A DNA stretch of 62,249 nucleotides from contig CALSCP010001653.1 in the NCBI GenBank assembly GCA_943704425.1, positions 1 to 62,249 on the forward strand, written 5' to 3'. Source of the stretch: Ministeria vibrans ATCC 50519. Lineage: Eukaryota; Protista; Filasterea. Below the pieces are notes generated by a model. The model saw nothing but the letters and a program-made list of their open reading frames with translations, did not search any database and was not told where the DNA came from. Position 1 is the stretch's first letter. Every line of letters starts with the position of its first letter. The translations under genes and the position numbers were made by a program. Of this stretch, positions 11,618 to 24,100 are shown one piece after another.

Positions 11618-14600
11618 ACAACAACTACGTCAACAAAAACAACAACAACAACAACAGCGAAGAAGGCAGCGCCCACCAGCAGCAAAAGTGCCTCGCCCGC
11701 GACAAAGTCCACCACACGAAGCAGGGCTGCTGCTACTGCTACCGCTTCAAGCTCTGCCTCTGCTGCCACTCGTCCAGGCAAGGTTAAAGGCAAAGCGAAG
11801 AGCGGTACGGTGGGCAAACAAGCAGCTGTTGAGGCGCCTTTGCCACCGGCCATTCCCGCCGAAGAGGTTGAAGACAAGGCTGCCGAGCTGCTTCCAGCCG
11901 CGCTCATTGTCAAACTGCGCGACACCAACTGGAAGATGCGTCTTGAAGGGTGCCAGGAGATGAGCGCCTTCATAGAGGCAAACCCTACGTCAAACGCTGA
12001 CATTATTGTGCGCATGCTTGCCAAGAAGCCCGGCTGGAAGGAAGTCAATTTCCAGGTCATCTCTGCGGCATTCAACGCCTGTGCCAAGGCCGCTGATGTG
12101 TTGCCGTCGTTTAACCGTCGCACCGCGTCGTACGTCGTGCCAGGCTGTGTCGGCAAACTCCACGATGTCAAAGTTAAGGCAAGCGCCACCGCCGCTCTTA
12201 CCATGTTTGTCCAGGCGTCCTCGCTCGACCGCGTTGCCGAGCAGGTGTGCAGTGCCGCTGCGGGACACAAAGTTCCCAAGGTGATTGCGGGTGCCTGTGA
12301 GTGGATCCAGTCGGCACTCGTGAGCTTTGGTGCACGTCTCAACGTCAAAGTGCTCGTGTCGTTTGTACGCGAGTGTCTCTCATCAAGCAACGGTGTGGTG
12401 CGTGCCGCCGCTGTCAGTCTTATTGGCACTTTGCGTGTGTACGTTGGCGAACGACTGCGCGACGTCTTTAGCGAAGAGAAACCCGCGCTGCTGGCGGTGA
12501 TTGACGCCGAGATTGACAAGCGCAAGGACGACTCACCCGCGCCGCCGTCGCTCAAGTTCAAGTCCGATGCAGCAATGGCAGACGCGGAGGATGACGAGGA
12601 GGATGAAGAAGGAGAAACAGAGGGTGCCGGAGCAGCGTCGCAAAAGAAAAAAGGCGGTCGTCGTGCTGCCAACGACGACGACGACGACGACAACCTGTTC
12701 CCGCGTGTTGACATTTCTGGCAAGATGACTGGCTCGCTCATGGCCGAGCTGGACGATGCTAACTGGAAGGTGCGCGGCGAGGCACTCGAAACGGTTGCAG
12801 GCATTCTGAAGGCAGCGCGTGGACGAATTCAAGCCAACGTAGGTGACTTGCCCGTGGCGCTCAAACGTCGTCTTGCCGACAGCAACAAGAATCATGTGTG
12901 CACCACCCTGAGTCTGACAGGCGAGCTTGTCGCCGGTATCGGGTCACAGTCGGAGAAGTTTGCGCGTGTGCTTTTGCCAGGCACCGTCACCGCTCTAGGC
13001 GACAGCAAGGCAACGGTGCGTGGGGCTGTGTTGGGCGCGCTTGACAAGTGGGAGCAACAGATTGGTCTCGAAGGCATTCTCGGGTGCGACGTTCTTGTGA
13101 AACCTCTGGCGACGGAAAAGCCAACGTTGCGCAGCGAACTGTTCACATGGATGGCCGCCAAGATGGACCAGATGGACGCTGACGAGCGCAAACAACTCGA
13201 CGTGGACTCGTTGGTGCAACCCGTGTTGGGCTGTCTCGAAGATCGCGCTCCCGAGGTGCGCAAGGCCGCGCAACTCATGGTGCCCCACCTCATTGCGATC
13301 AAGGGCTTTGCCTCCATGACCAAGGCAGCCGCGTCGCTTAAGCCCGCCAGTCGCCAGACGGTACAAGCACTCCTCGAAAAGCACAAGTCCGCTGGCGGTA
13401 TGGCTACACCCACAACCACAACAGCAGCACCCGCCAAGAAGTCTACGAGTAGCAAGGCCACCTCTTCTTCTTCTTCCTCCTCCTCGTCCACCACTACCGC
13501 CCGATCCACTCGTGCGGCATCGAGCGCCAAGCCCTCCGCTTCATCGGCACGCTCGCGTGCAGCCGCCACTGACGATTCCGATGCACCAGTGCTCCTTGAC
13601 AACAACGACAAGCAAACGCGCGCCAACAACGATAAGCAGAAGCTTAAATGGCAATTTGAGGTTCCTCGTCAAGGTAAAAACATAATAATAATAATAATAA
13701 TAATAATTAATTTATTATAATTCTGATTCTTATTATTCTGATTATTATCATTAATTTAAATTATATTATTATTATTATAAAACTAACCCTATTCTTTTTG
13801 ACAGAATTTGTGGACGTACTCAAGGGCGAAATGTCTGGGTGTGTGGGCAAAGGAGTGCACGAGAATTTGTTTCATGGGGACTTCCGGCGACAGGTGGCAG
13901 GCATGGCGAGCATTAAGGAGGCGTTGGGGACTCTCAATGGCGATGGCGAGTCAGTGTTTGCAGACCAAGCGACGGGCGCCAGCGATGTGTTGCTCAAGTA
14001 TGCTACTTTGCGCTTTTTTGATACCAACACGAGTGTGCTACTCAAGACGCTCGAGGTACTGAAGGCGCTGTTTGATGTGCTGGAACGTGGTGGTTACCAC
14101 CTGAGTGAATACGAGGCGAGTGCGTTTTTGCCGCATCTTGTCAACAAGTGCGGCGATGCCAAGGAGTCGGTGCGCAAGGATGTGCGTGCACTCTTTCGCA
14201 CCATCTCCCATGTGTACCCGGCCTCCAAGTTGTTTGCCTACCTCATGACGGGGCTCAAGTCGAAGAACTCGCGTGTGCGCACCGAGTGCCTCGAAGAGAT
14301 TGCATTTCTCATTGAACGCCACGGCACCGACATGGGCGGCAGTGGCGCTCTCAAGGAAATTGTGCGTCACGTTGGCGATCGTGACCAGGCCGTGCGCAAC
14401 GGAGCCTTGTTGGCTATTGCTGCGGCTCACGCCGTCCTGGGCGATGTCAAGCTCTTCAAGCAAGTTGGACTCATTCCGGCCAAAGACCGCGAAATGATCG
14501 AGGAGCGTCTGCGCCGCAGGCCAGCCACCACGACCACCTCAGCTGCCACAGCATCAAATTCAACTCCCAGTCGTGCTTCCACCGCCGCCGCCACAGTGGC

Positions 14601-16554
14601 ACCTAGTCGCCCTTCCACTGCCACCAACACACCGAGTGCTACCACTAGTTCTGTGTCGCGTCGCTCCACCACCTCCACCGCTGGTCCCAAGGCGTTCTCG
14701 CTGGATCTCGACAAGCTTGGTCTGACGCCCGTGTCGCAAGTGTCACAGCTGCGTCAGCTTGAGCAGCAGGCACAGCCCGTCCAAGTTGTGCTTGGTGGTC
14801 ATGATGGGGCGCTTGCGGATCCGACTCCACGATTGCCTCTCAAGGTCCACTCGCGTTCGGATCGATTTATTGACGGAGATTCGTCCACGACGACAACGGT
14901 AGGCTCGAGTGGGAGCAGGAGCGAGGCGACTGCCAGCACTGCGGGGGCTAATGGTCGATCGCAAGTCGAGCTCATTGACCTTGTGCTCGTGGAAATTACC
15001 AGTGAGGAGGTGACTGGAAGCACACGGGCACTGAAGCAACTTGAGGCACAGCTGTCGGACGATGCGCGCGCTCAAGGCCTGCTCAGTTGGGTCGATCGTA
15101 TGCTGACGGCGCTGAGCGAACAGCTTCATGTTGCCTTTACCGTTCACCTGTGCGGCCCTGCGTCGGCAACAGCGACGCCGCGGGCTCACGACGAGGCTGT
15201 TCGCCTGTGCAAGCACGTCCTCAATGCACTCATGCTGCTGTTTAAGCGTGCCGATTTGGCGCGTGTGGCGTCGCGCGAGCCCCTTTGCAAACTGGTCCAT
15301 GAGCTCATTCAACGGTTGCTCGATCGCTCGCTTGAGTCGGTGAAAGAGTGCTCGCAGATCACCAAGGCGCTTAACATGCTGATGTTGCGTGTGCTAGAGA
15401 ACAGCAGTCGCAATGCGGCGTACGGAGTGTTATTGGAGTTGCTGAGTGGCACCGTGCGCGACACGTCGTCGCCCAACTCGGCGGCCTTTGCCGATCTGCT
15501 TATGAAGTGTCTGTGGAAGCTCACCAAGACCATGGCTGACGTGGTAGAGTACCTGTCGCTGGCGGACATTGTGCGAGATTGTGACTCTTTCTTGCAGTCG
15601 CATCCGCCGAGCTTTTGGCGTCGGGAACGCGAGAAGCGGGGCGAAGCGGCCGACATGCCGTTGCGCACAGTTAAGACGATTGTGCAGGCACTGGTGAAGG
15701 CGGTTGGGCGTCCACTGGTGGGCATTGCCAATGGGGCGGTGGGTGCCGACAGCATGGTGCGCGGCTACATTGACAGCTTCCTTCAGGACGACTCGACACC
15801 CTCGACGCCCTCCAAGTTTTCTTCGTCACTGTCCTCCTCGAAGACACTGCCGCGTACACCTGTCTCATCTACGACTTCGACGACGCAGCAGATGGCGCGT
15901 GCTGCTGCTGCGACTCCTGTGTCACTCAAGCGCCAGCTTGCAGACATTTTCAAGAAGATTGGCAACAAGGCGGAGACGCAACAGGGCCTTGAGGACCTGT
16001 ATGATTTGCGTGCGGCCAACCCCGATGCGGACATTTCGTCTTTCCTTGCCAAGACGAGCGAGTTTTTTAAGGGTTACATCACACGAGGACTTGCTCAAAT
16101 TGAAGAGACGCGACGACTCACGGGTGCTTCATCCGCGACGCCAACAACTGCGACAACGACAACAATGCCTGCTCCCGTTACTCCCCAGCGCGTGATCACA
16201 TCGTCAGCACGCACTCCTCCTTCTACACGAGGGAAAGGATTTGCCACACCGACTTCATCGCGCGCCCCGACTGGTGACGATGACGCCGCGCGTGCCTACC
16301 GCGACCGTCTGCGTGTGCTTCAAAGTCGCTACGGTATCACACCCACCAACGGTGGAGGCGATGGAACTGTGACGGCTGAGGCCCCAGGGAGTCTTGGTGA
16401 GCCCACGTCGTTGGTGACTTCTGCTGTGGCGGCGGTGCCCCAGCCCGTCGCACGCGAGCCTGAGAATGCCGTTAAGCAGCCATCGTCGACGTCCACAAGT
16501 GACTCGGTCAGTATGCTCAAGCAGCGGCTGGCCAAAATCAAGAGTGGGCGATGA
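9533..16554 (+). CDS. CKAP5: XMAP215/ch-TOG microtubule polymerase, spliced
   Basis: MADDEWKSLPLQERLVHK start; several TOG domains (SKKWQERKEA, DTNWKMRLEG, DDANWKVRGEAL); LKWQFEVPR, RFFDTNTSVL, KSKNSRVRTECLEEI, DLLMKCLWK; ends LKQRLAKIKS. Confidence 0.95.
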
Positions 16555-16561
16555 TTTGAGA

Positions 16562-16565
<4 letters not shown>

Positions 16566-16635
<70 letters not shown>

Positions 16636-16670
16636 AGAAGAAGAAGAAGAAGAAGAAGAAGAAGAAGAAG
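16566..16670. repeat. (GA)n(GAA)n microsatellite just after the CKAP5 stop
   Basis: Direct read. Confidence 0.95.
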
Positions 16671-16888
16671 GAAAAAAGCGAGAGTGAGAGACTGAGTTCT
16701 TTTTTTTTTGAATATAGTTATAATTTTTGGAATTTTGTTTATAGAAGCTGTTGTGAACCAATTCAGAGAGTCAAAAGACTCAAGGTAGATATTTATTTTA
16801 GACTAGGGGAGTTGGGCCTTGAAGAGTATTATTTTATAATCCGTTTATAATAGTAATAATTCAGGAAGTGAAAAAAAGGAAAAAAAAA

Positions 16889-16960
16889 TGGGCGGTGTAA
16901 GTGGGATTCGAACCCTCCGAGTGGGGGGTATCCCCACTACCTCTCCCTGAGGTTAACCGC
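16889..16960 (-). ncRNA. tRNA-like small RNA (putative Pol III transcript) or degenerate tRNA gene
   Basis: GCGGTTAA CCTCAGGGAGAGG TA GTGGGGATACCCCCCAC TCGGA GGGTTCGAATCCC AC TTACACCGC CCA, then T8. Closing stem, three hairpins, consensus B-box GGTTCGAATCC and an oligo-T terminator; no canonical D-loop or anticodon loop. Confidence 0.6.
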
Positions 16961-17212
16961 AAATGAGATGAGGAATAAAGTGCTCTTTATGATTACTTAT
17001 TTCTTTTTACAGTCGAATGACGCAATTTTTTCTTGACCAGCGTTTTATTGTGAAGTGATTGTATTGTGCAAAGAATTGGTTGTGAGGGAGTGAGACGACA
17101 GATGTTGTGCTAAAATTTCAAGTCATGTACTACAGTTCGTGGACCAACTGCCTCGTCACAGGGTCGATCTGATGATATTTTGACGAGTCACTCACATTGT
17201 CATTCTTTTTCC

Positions 17213-18407
17213 ATGTCTGTTTGTGAAGCAGTCGAAGCAGCAAAGAAAGGCGATTTCACCCCCGCACTCCGGTGTATTCAGGACAGCAGCGTTAATTTCA
17301 ATTCTGTTCCCGCTGGGGAGACGTGGGGAGTGGTGCAGTTTGCTGGTTCGTTAAACTATGAAACCTACCACTCGACCCATTTTTTTGACTCTTCCTTCCT
17401 CTCAAGCGCATTATGGACGAAGCGATGTGATACTGGAGCTTATGCGTCGTCCAGACTTTGATATACATGCGTGTCGAGCGGATGGTGGGGCAAGAGCGAT
17501 TGCAGGACGTGCAGGGCACCATCGGGCAGCGCATTTGTGTCATCTGGCGGGACGAGACGGGACAACTCCTTTGCACTGTGCCAACGGCCAATGGAGCGCG
17601 CTTACGCTGACAGCTGAAGCTGAGGAAGCAGAGGTGTGCAAACGTCTGTCGGCAGTGACCTTCAACGTGTGGTTTGATGCGGCACACAAGCGCCAGCGTT
17701 GGGACGCGCTTTTAGAGCAGGTGTTGGAGTGCAATGCGGATGTGGTTGCGTTGCAGGAGATGACGGGCGATACGTGGCGGTGGCTTATGAGCGACGCACG
17801 CGTTCAAAGCACGTATGCTTTGAGTGCGTCGTCGCCGCACAGCAGTTACTTTGTGGTACTGATGTGGCGCAAGATGCGACTGGCATGTCGTCGTGCGCGA
17901 GTGCTTCCCTATCGCGTGACCAAACACGGTCGTGCGCTGCTCGCTGCTGAACTCCTCGTGAATGGACGTGTCCTTTGTGTTGGCTGTGTGCATCTTGAAA
18001 GTCCCGTGTACGGCGGCTCAGCAGGCGTGCGTGCAGAGCAGCTCGCGCTGTCGTACCAATTGTTGCATTCATGCACGACCGCCCAGGAGGCAAACGATTC
18101 TCTGCTCCTGGGCGACTTTAATTTTTGTAGTACCAGCGAAGACGTACATATTCTCGAAGGGGGACACATCGATGTGTGTCGTGCTGTTCTGGGAGCAGCC
18201 GCGGATCATGATCTGACCTTCGACGTGGATCACAATGGCAATGTGGACGGTCCCTACCGTTGTCGTCCCGATCGCATCACAATGAAGACTGGTGCATGGC
18301 GTGCCGTGTCCATTCGACGCCTTGGATGCGATCCTATTCCGACTATTGGCGTTCCTCCGTCGGACCATTTTGGATTGTGGGCAGTCTTTGAATATGAAAA
18401 GGAATAA
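17213..18407 (+). CDS. EEP-family phosphodiesterase (TDP2-like) with N-terminal ankyrin-like repeats
   Basis: One intron (~17346-17407) gives WGVVQFAAHYGRSDVILELM (ankyrin-like). EEP motifs: VTFNVWF, DVVALQE, HLES, LLGDFN, RPDRI, PSDHFGL. Confidence 0.8.
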
Positions 18408-19667
18408 AGAAGAACAGTACCCAATAATTATCAGAAACAGTTCTTTCTTTCAACGGGTTGCTTGATTTTTCAATGATGTATATACAGTCACCCGTCACTA
18501 CGCGAAGATAGCCTTATTAGCCAGTTGTCTCTTCGTCCCCTGACCACTCCGCCGCCCACGTCGTTGTGAAGATGTTGTTTCGTCTTTGTAAACAGAATGT
18601 AAACAAACATTAATTGTCAATTTGCTGCGCGTGCAAAAGAGTGAAAAGTCCCATAAATGATAAAAGACACTTGCCTTGAACGTTTGAAGTTTTTAGTCTG
18701 TCCAACTTTTTAAAATAAAAAATAAAAAAATCCTTCGTCGATTAGAAAAAACTGTCTTTTACTCTTTTTTTTTAGCAATGAATCACTAATCAGATGAAAA
18801 TCAGATTCCAATGATCACTGAATTTTTGCTCGATCGCCCAATCCTCTCAAGACCCAAGGTAAGACTGGAGAGTGGAGATATTCATTCTATTATCTGTACG
18901 TCATAGCTGGCGTCGTTCCACCAACGAACGGTCTAAATTTCCCGTGTTATTTTTATTCATTTTTTATTGGTTTTCGCTTTTTTGTGTCTCGCTCACACAA
19001 TTCAAAATCAAGCACTGCATCTCTCCTTGAAATGCCACCCATGTGTCTATATTGACTATATCCTCCTGTTCAAGCTGTAGCAATCCTGAAAACATTACAC
19101 TTTGGTCTTTTCACACGTTTTTAAATTCCATAAAAAAAGACAAAAAAGACACCCTTTTCCGTTTCGTCTCCAAGGCCCTATCCGTGCCGCGTGGGGCTGT
19201 GTGCTGGCCCCTGGCCGTCCATGTTCCGTAATACTCTTCTCCTGGTGCGCGTGTCTCAGCCCCCACTGCCTCCCTTCGAAGTGTCTTCGATTTCTTCGAA
19301 TTCTCAGGAAATTCTTTGGCACGTTCTGCTTTAATTATTGTTCTTTAATTGTCGGCCTATTTTTGGGCTTCGGCCGTCACGATTTTCTCATCTTAAAAGT
19401 TTCTTATTATAATTATTATTATTACTATCAGTTTATCACTGTGGTCTCACTGTCATGTGAGAGCGTATTTGTGGGTCTGTGTCTATTCTATTCGTGTAGA
19501 TCATTCGAGGAAAATATCCCTCTTGTTCTTATTTAATTTATTTATTCTTTTTCTATTTCTATTACCTGGTGTCTGTAGTTATCATTAATAAATGGGTTGT
19601 ATTCTTCTTCTTCTTCTTCTTCTGAACTTCTTCTTCTTTAAACAAACAACCTCATTAGAAACAAACC

Positions 19668-20189
19668 ATGCGCCTTCTGATCGTCCTCTGCGCCATGATT
19701 GCCGTTGCGAACGCCTATTTTTCCCGCAGTCGAACCGACTTCTATTGTACCGGTGCAACCAATGGCATGTCTTGGTCAGTCACCAAGTTGGGCGAGACTG
19801 ACGGCTACACGAACAACTATTGTACTGCGCTCTCAACGGGCAATTGGTTCTGCCACGCCGACCTGATGACCGATAATTGTCCAAGATCGGCTTCCCTGAA
19901 ACACGGCGCAACTTCGATGGTGAATGTGGTTCGTTGCACAATACTGAAAATAAATATTATAATAATAATCATAATAATAATAATTATTATTATTATAATA
20001 ATAATTTTATTAATTTTTATTATTATTATAATAATATTATTATTTTTTTAGGATGATGGCGAAGGTAATGTGTCAAACACCCTGAACGCGTCCGCTTCGA
20101 TGAGTGCTGGCCAGAGCTCTACTGATGGAACGGCCACATGTACGCTGCTCTCACGGAGTAACACAAATGTGATAGTTATGGTTGGGTGA
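19668..20189 (+). CDS. Small secreted Cys/Thr/Ser-rich protein of unknown family
   Basis: Signal peptide MRLLIVLCAMIAVANA; an AT-rich intron (~19929-20051) joins in frame to DDGEGNVS...TCTLLSRSNTNVIVMVG*; about 130 aa. Confidence 0.7.
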
Positions 20190-20412
20190 CAAAGCCAAAA
20201 GAACAATGATTATTTTTTAATTCAATAAAATTAATATCAAACTATTCTTTTGTTTGTGATTGATTATCCACGGACTAAGGACTTGTCACTTGTGTAGTAC
20301 TGTAGTTGTGTTATCAACAGTAGTCAGTATTCATAATTGTAACAATTAATAATAATATTATTATTATTAATATTCTCTATTAATTGGTCATTTTTTTTTT
20401 GCTATTCACACC

Positions 20413-20841
20413 ATGTCTAACAGAGCTGCACCCACATCAACTACTGGCGGCATGGAAGCGTGTGTGACTCAGATGGAGGCGCTATTTGAGCGCCTCTGTG
20501 AAAATTTGAACTTCTGTGAATTCAAAATCTCGTCCAACGGCGGTGAGGGTGCCCAGGAGGTGGCTCGCTTACTCGAACGCATCCGTTCGTCGCAGACGAG
20601 TCTGCGAAGCATGACGGAGAGCAGCAAGCAGCTTGAGGCGCGTAAGACGGCGGCGCTCGAACGAATTCAACGATCGCTCACGGTCGTCGACGACGTGCGT
20701 CTCCTGGCCAAGTGCGCGCGCGTCGATGACGGCGAGCTGGACGACACCTCGTCCTTGGCAGCGTTGAAAGCCGCCACGAGGCAAACCGTGCAGGTTGGCG
20801 CCGAGTGGAGGGCAGCGACGACTTCTGCCGCCGTTTTTTGA
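20413..20841 (+). CDS. Small coiled-coil protein resembling Ska2 (spindle and kinetochore-associated)
   Basis: MEACVTQMEALFERLCENLNFCEFKI resembles the Ska2 N-terminus as I recall it ([26 protein letters not shown]). GC-rich ORF between AT-rich flanks. Confidence 0.5.
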   Translation: MSNRAAPTSTTGGMEACVTQMEALFERLCENLNFCEFKISSNGGEGAQEVARLLERIRSSQTSLRSMTESSKQLEARKTAALERIQRSLTVVDDVRLLAKCARVDDGELDDTSSLAALKAATRQTVQVGAEWRAATTSAAVF

Positions 20842-21143
20842 ATTTTGATGTAAACCCTTTTGTAAATCATTCATTTTCATTTGCTTCTTACTCTCATTCA
20901 CACTCACGTTTCTGTTTCCGTCCGTTTGGTTGGCGTCCACAGTCTGCTTACAAGTCACAACATTGTAGTACACTACTAATCGAGTACTAGACATAGTGAT
21001 TGTCATTAATGAATTTTTGTTATTCTTCTTCAAGACTCGATTCGGACTCGATTCTCTCTCTACCTATAATAATAAAATAATATTAAATTTATTCTTATGA
21101 ATTTATTTTTCTTATGATATTATTACATTATTATATTATTATT

Positions 21144-24100
21144 CTACATTTGCGCGTGTTGCTGCTCCACAACTTGGCGAAAAACGTCCTCCAGTGTCGA
21201 GCGTGACACAGAATAGTCGACAATGCGACCGTCAGCGAGTGCAGTGTCGAGTTGAGCAAAGAGGTCAGCAAGCAGAGAGAGCGAGGAGACACCACCCACG
21301 GCGGCAGTGACCCGGTTGATATGTTGCACAAGAGAGAGCACATGCGACGGGGAATTTTCCTCCAAAAATGTCCGCACATCAAACGCTCCGCCCATACTTC
21401 CAGCTTCTACTTCTTCTTCTTCTCCTTCTTCCTCCCCCACCTCCCTATGGCCTTCATGTTCCCTTGCGTCCTTCACTTGCACCGACACAATGTACACGCC
21501 TTCAGGCTTAAGCTGCTTGGGTGTGCCCAGCACCACAAACCGACCGGCGACCATGATGGCAACGCGATTGCACAGCTGCTCACATTCGTCCACCGAATGC
21601 GACGCAAGCACAATCGATGACGAATGTTGCAAAGTCTTCAAGTGCGACCAGACAACCGATCGTGCCACAGGGTCCTAAGAAATAATTATTATCGAAATAA
21701 GAAAATTAAAAAAAATCATAATAATTTATATATTGTAAAATGCTCGTTGCTCACCATGGAGGCGGAAGGCTCGTCGAGTAGAATTGCCTGGGGCGATCCA
21801 ATGAGAGCCACCACCACAGCAAGCTTGCGGCGATTCCCACCGCTGAGTGCGTCGACACGAAAGGTGTAGTAGCGCTTGAGACCAAGGGAACGAGCGAGTC
21901 GCAATACGGGAGCCAGGGACACGCCACGCAGCCGCACGTACAACTTGAGGGTCTCGCGCACCGTCAATTCGCGATGGAGCGCATCGAATTGCGGACAAAA
22001 GCCAATGTGAGCAAACGCACGCTCGGGGTGGGAGACGATGGAGTCGCGCAGAACACGCACGTTGCCCGAGGTGGGCCGCAGCTGGCCTGAGAGTACGCCA
22101 AACGTGGTCGACTTGCCACTCCCATTGACGCCCAACAATCCAAAGCACTCATGTTGACGCACCCCAAAGGTAATGCCGTCTACTGCAGATGCACACGAAG
22201 ACAAACCTTTCTTTTTCAACGATCCATAGCGCTTCTCAAGCTGACGCACACGAATCACATCACCTTCGTCGAGGGCCTCGCGCGACAACACACGCTCCCT
22301 CTCCGCTACCAGGCGCACCGCATCTGCTGCGGTTGCCGCTGTCTCTTCATAAGACTCGTGTTTCTCCTCTGTCTTGCGTACGGGTCGTATACGACGCACT
22401 TGCCACTGCTCAGCGAGCACCAACAACCCAAAGTAGAAAAAGGCATCAAGCACCATAAACACTAAATTGCGTCCAAGCACATCCCACGCAAAAAAGTCAA
22501 TGTGCACCGCGTCGTCAGCTTCCATCTTCTTGGACGCAATGCCAATGTCCATAAAACCACGGCCCAGCGCGTAGTTTGGCACCAGCAAAAAGACATACTT
22601 GAGGGCATCATTGGCGCTCACTAGCGCGCTGCTGTCAGGAAAGAGGTCGAGAACCACCGTCACAATGGTGAGGGCGGCACCGGTGAAAACGTTGAGGCAC
22701 ACGAGCACCACAAGGGCCGTGCTGGGACTTGAAAAGCCAAAGCTCATTGTGTAGATGAGAGGCGCAATGGAGAACACGTAGACAAAAAGCAACGCGGCAA
22801 TGGGTGCCGTTTGAGAATAAATAGGAACGTCAAAGAGATAAAACACAAGGAGAATGACAGCGGCGGGCAGAGCATACGAACACACGTCGACAGTGTACGT
22901 GGCAAGCCAATAAAGGGCAGGGTGAACGCCACAGAGACGTTGCTGGTGGAAAGCGCCCGAGGCACGTTCGCTGACGGCGTGCAGTGCAAAGGTCGAGGGG
23001 ATAAACGACACGGCGAGAATGATGAGGATCACCGTGATGATATCGGTACTTTTCGATGCCACCGTCTCTGTCTCAGAAAGTTGTGGCAGAGGTTGGATGG
23101 TCAAAGCAAACTTGGTGGTAGTGTCGTTCAGGGAAACCGACGCGAGCACTCGGTGGATGGCACTGTAAACACTCGCAAGAAGGATGCATCGAGCAAAGCG
23201 CGCCTCGTTGCGGTTCCACACGGTGATGTTGGGCACACGGAAGAGCCGCGCATCGGAGGAGGTGTTGACCAGTGGATCGTTGTCAAGACGCGTGTCAAAA
23301 GTGATCATGGAATAAGTGCGGTGGCGCCACGAATCGTAGAGGGTACGATTGTACAAAAGTGTCGTAAAGGTTGTGTTGCCCACGTCGTAATAGTGCTCGG
23401 TGGGACCCGCCATGGCCTGCAGATGCGCATAAATGGTGTTGACCTCGGGCGTGCGCTCTCCCATAAAGGACACGGGAATGTAGTTGTCCCATGGATAGTA
23501 TTCTTCAGAGAGTAGTGTCACCGGAGGGTACGTCTGTGGCAGAGCGTGGTAGGCCACATAGAGAGCAAGGGTTACAAAAAGTGCGGGCAACAGCGACTGG
23601 ACGCAGAGTGTGCGTACATCCCGACGCATAATCACGAGGCGTTTCCACACGAGAATCAAAAAGAGCCTGCCATTGCTCGGTGGCCGGAGCGTTCGCCCGT
23701 CGTGGGTTTCTTCTCCTTCCTCCTGTTGATCGTCGTGAATTTCTCCTGCTAACAATGTCATCTCTACAGTCTCGTCGTCGCCCTTTTCGGTGTTGCAATA
23801 AGCGTCGTTGGGGTCGTTTGAAAGCATCCAATGAGGCGTTCTGCGTGAACAAAGTTGAGGCCAACAGAGATTGCCTGGTACCTTCCCCTTCTTCCTCTTC
23901 TTCTCCTCCTCCTCCTCCTCCTCCTCCTCTTCTTCTTCTTCTCCTTCTTCACCCACAATGCCATCGCCAGCATGGCCAATAGCATTATCATTCAACGTGG
24001 CCCTCGCAAAGACGTCGTGGAGAGTGGGTGCGGACAATTCAACGTCGCTGACGTGCGCGTGCGACTCCAAGAAGTGCAAAAGCGAAGGGAAATCGGTAGT

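Noticed and set aside
11461-13629. Long antisense ORFs (447 and 245 aa) inside CKAP5; similar ones in myosin VI (31510-32715) and aldehyde oxidase (42329-43654)
   Set aside because: Expected shadow ORFs from GC-rich codon bias; no recognisable motifs.
16889-16960. Canonical tRNA-Val(TAC) or tRNA-Sec
   Set aside because: No U33, no standard D-arm or linker, and no TCA anticodon arm. Kept only as tRNA-like.
18472-18545. C/D snoRNA-like ATGATG...CTGA
   Set aside because: Imperfect C box, no terminal stem and no rRNA complementarity that I can recognise.
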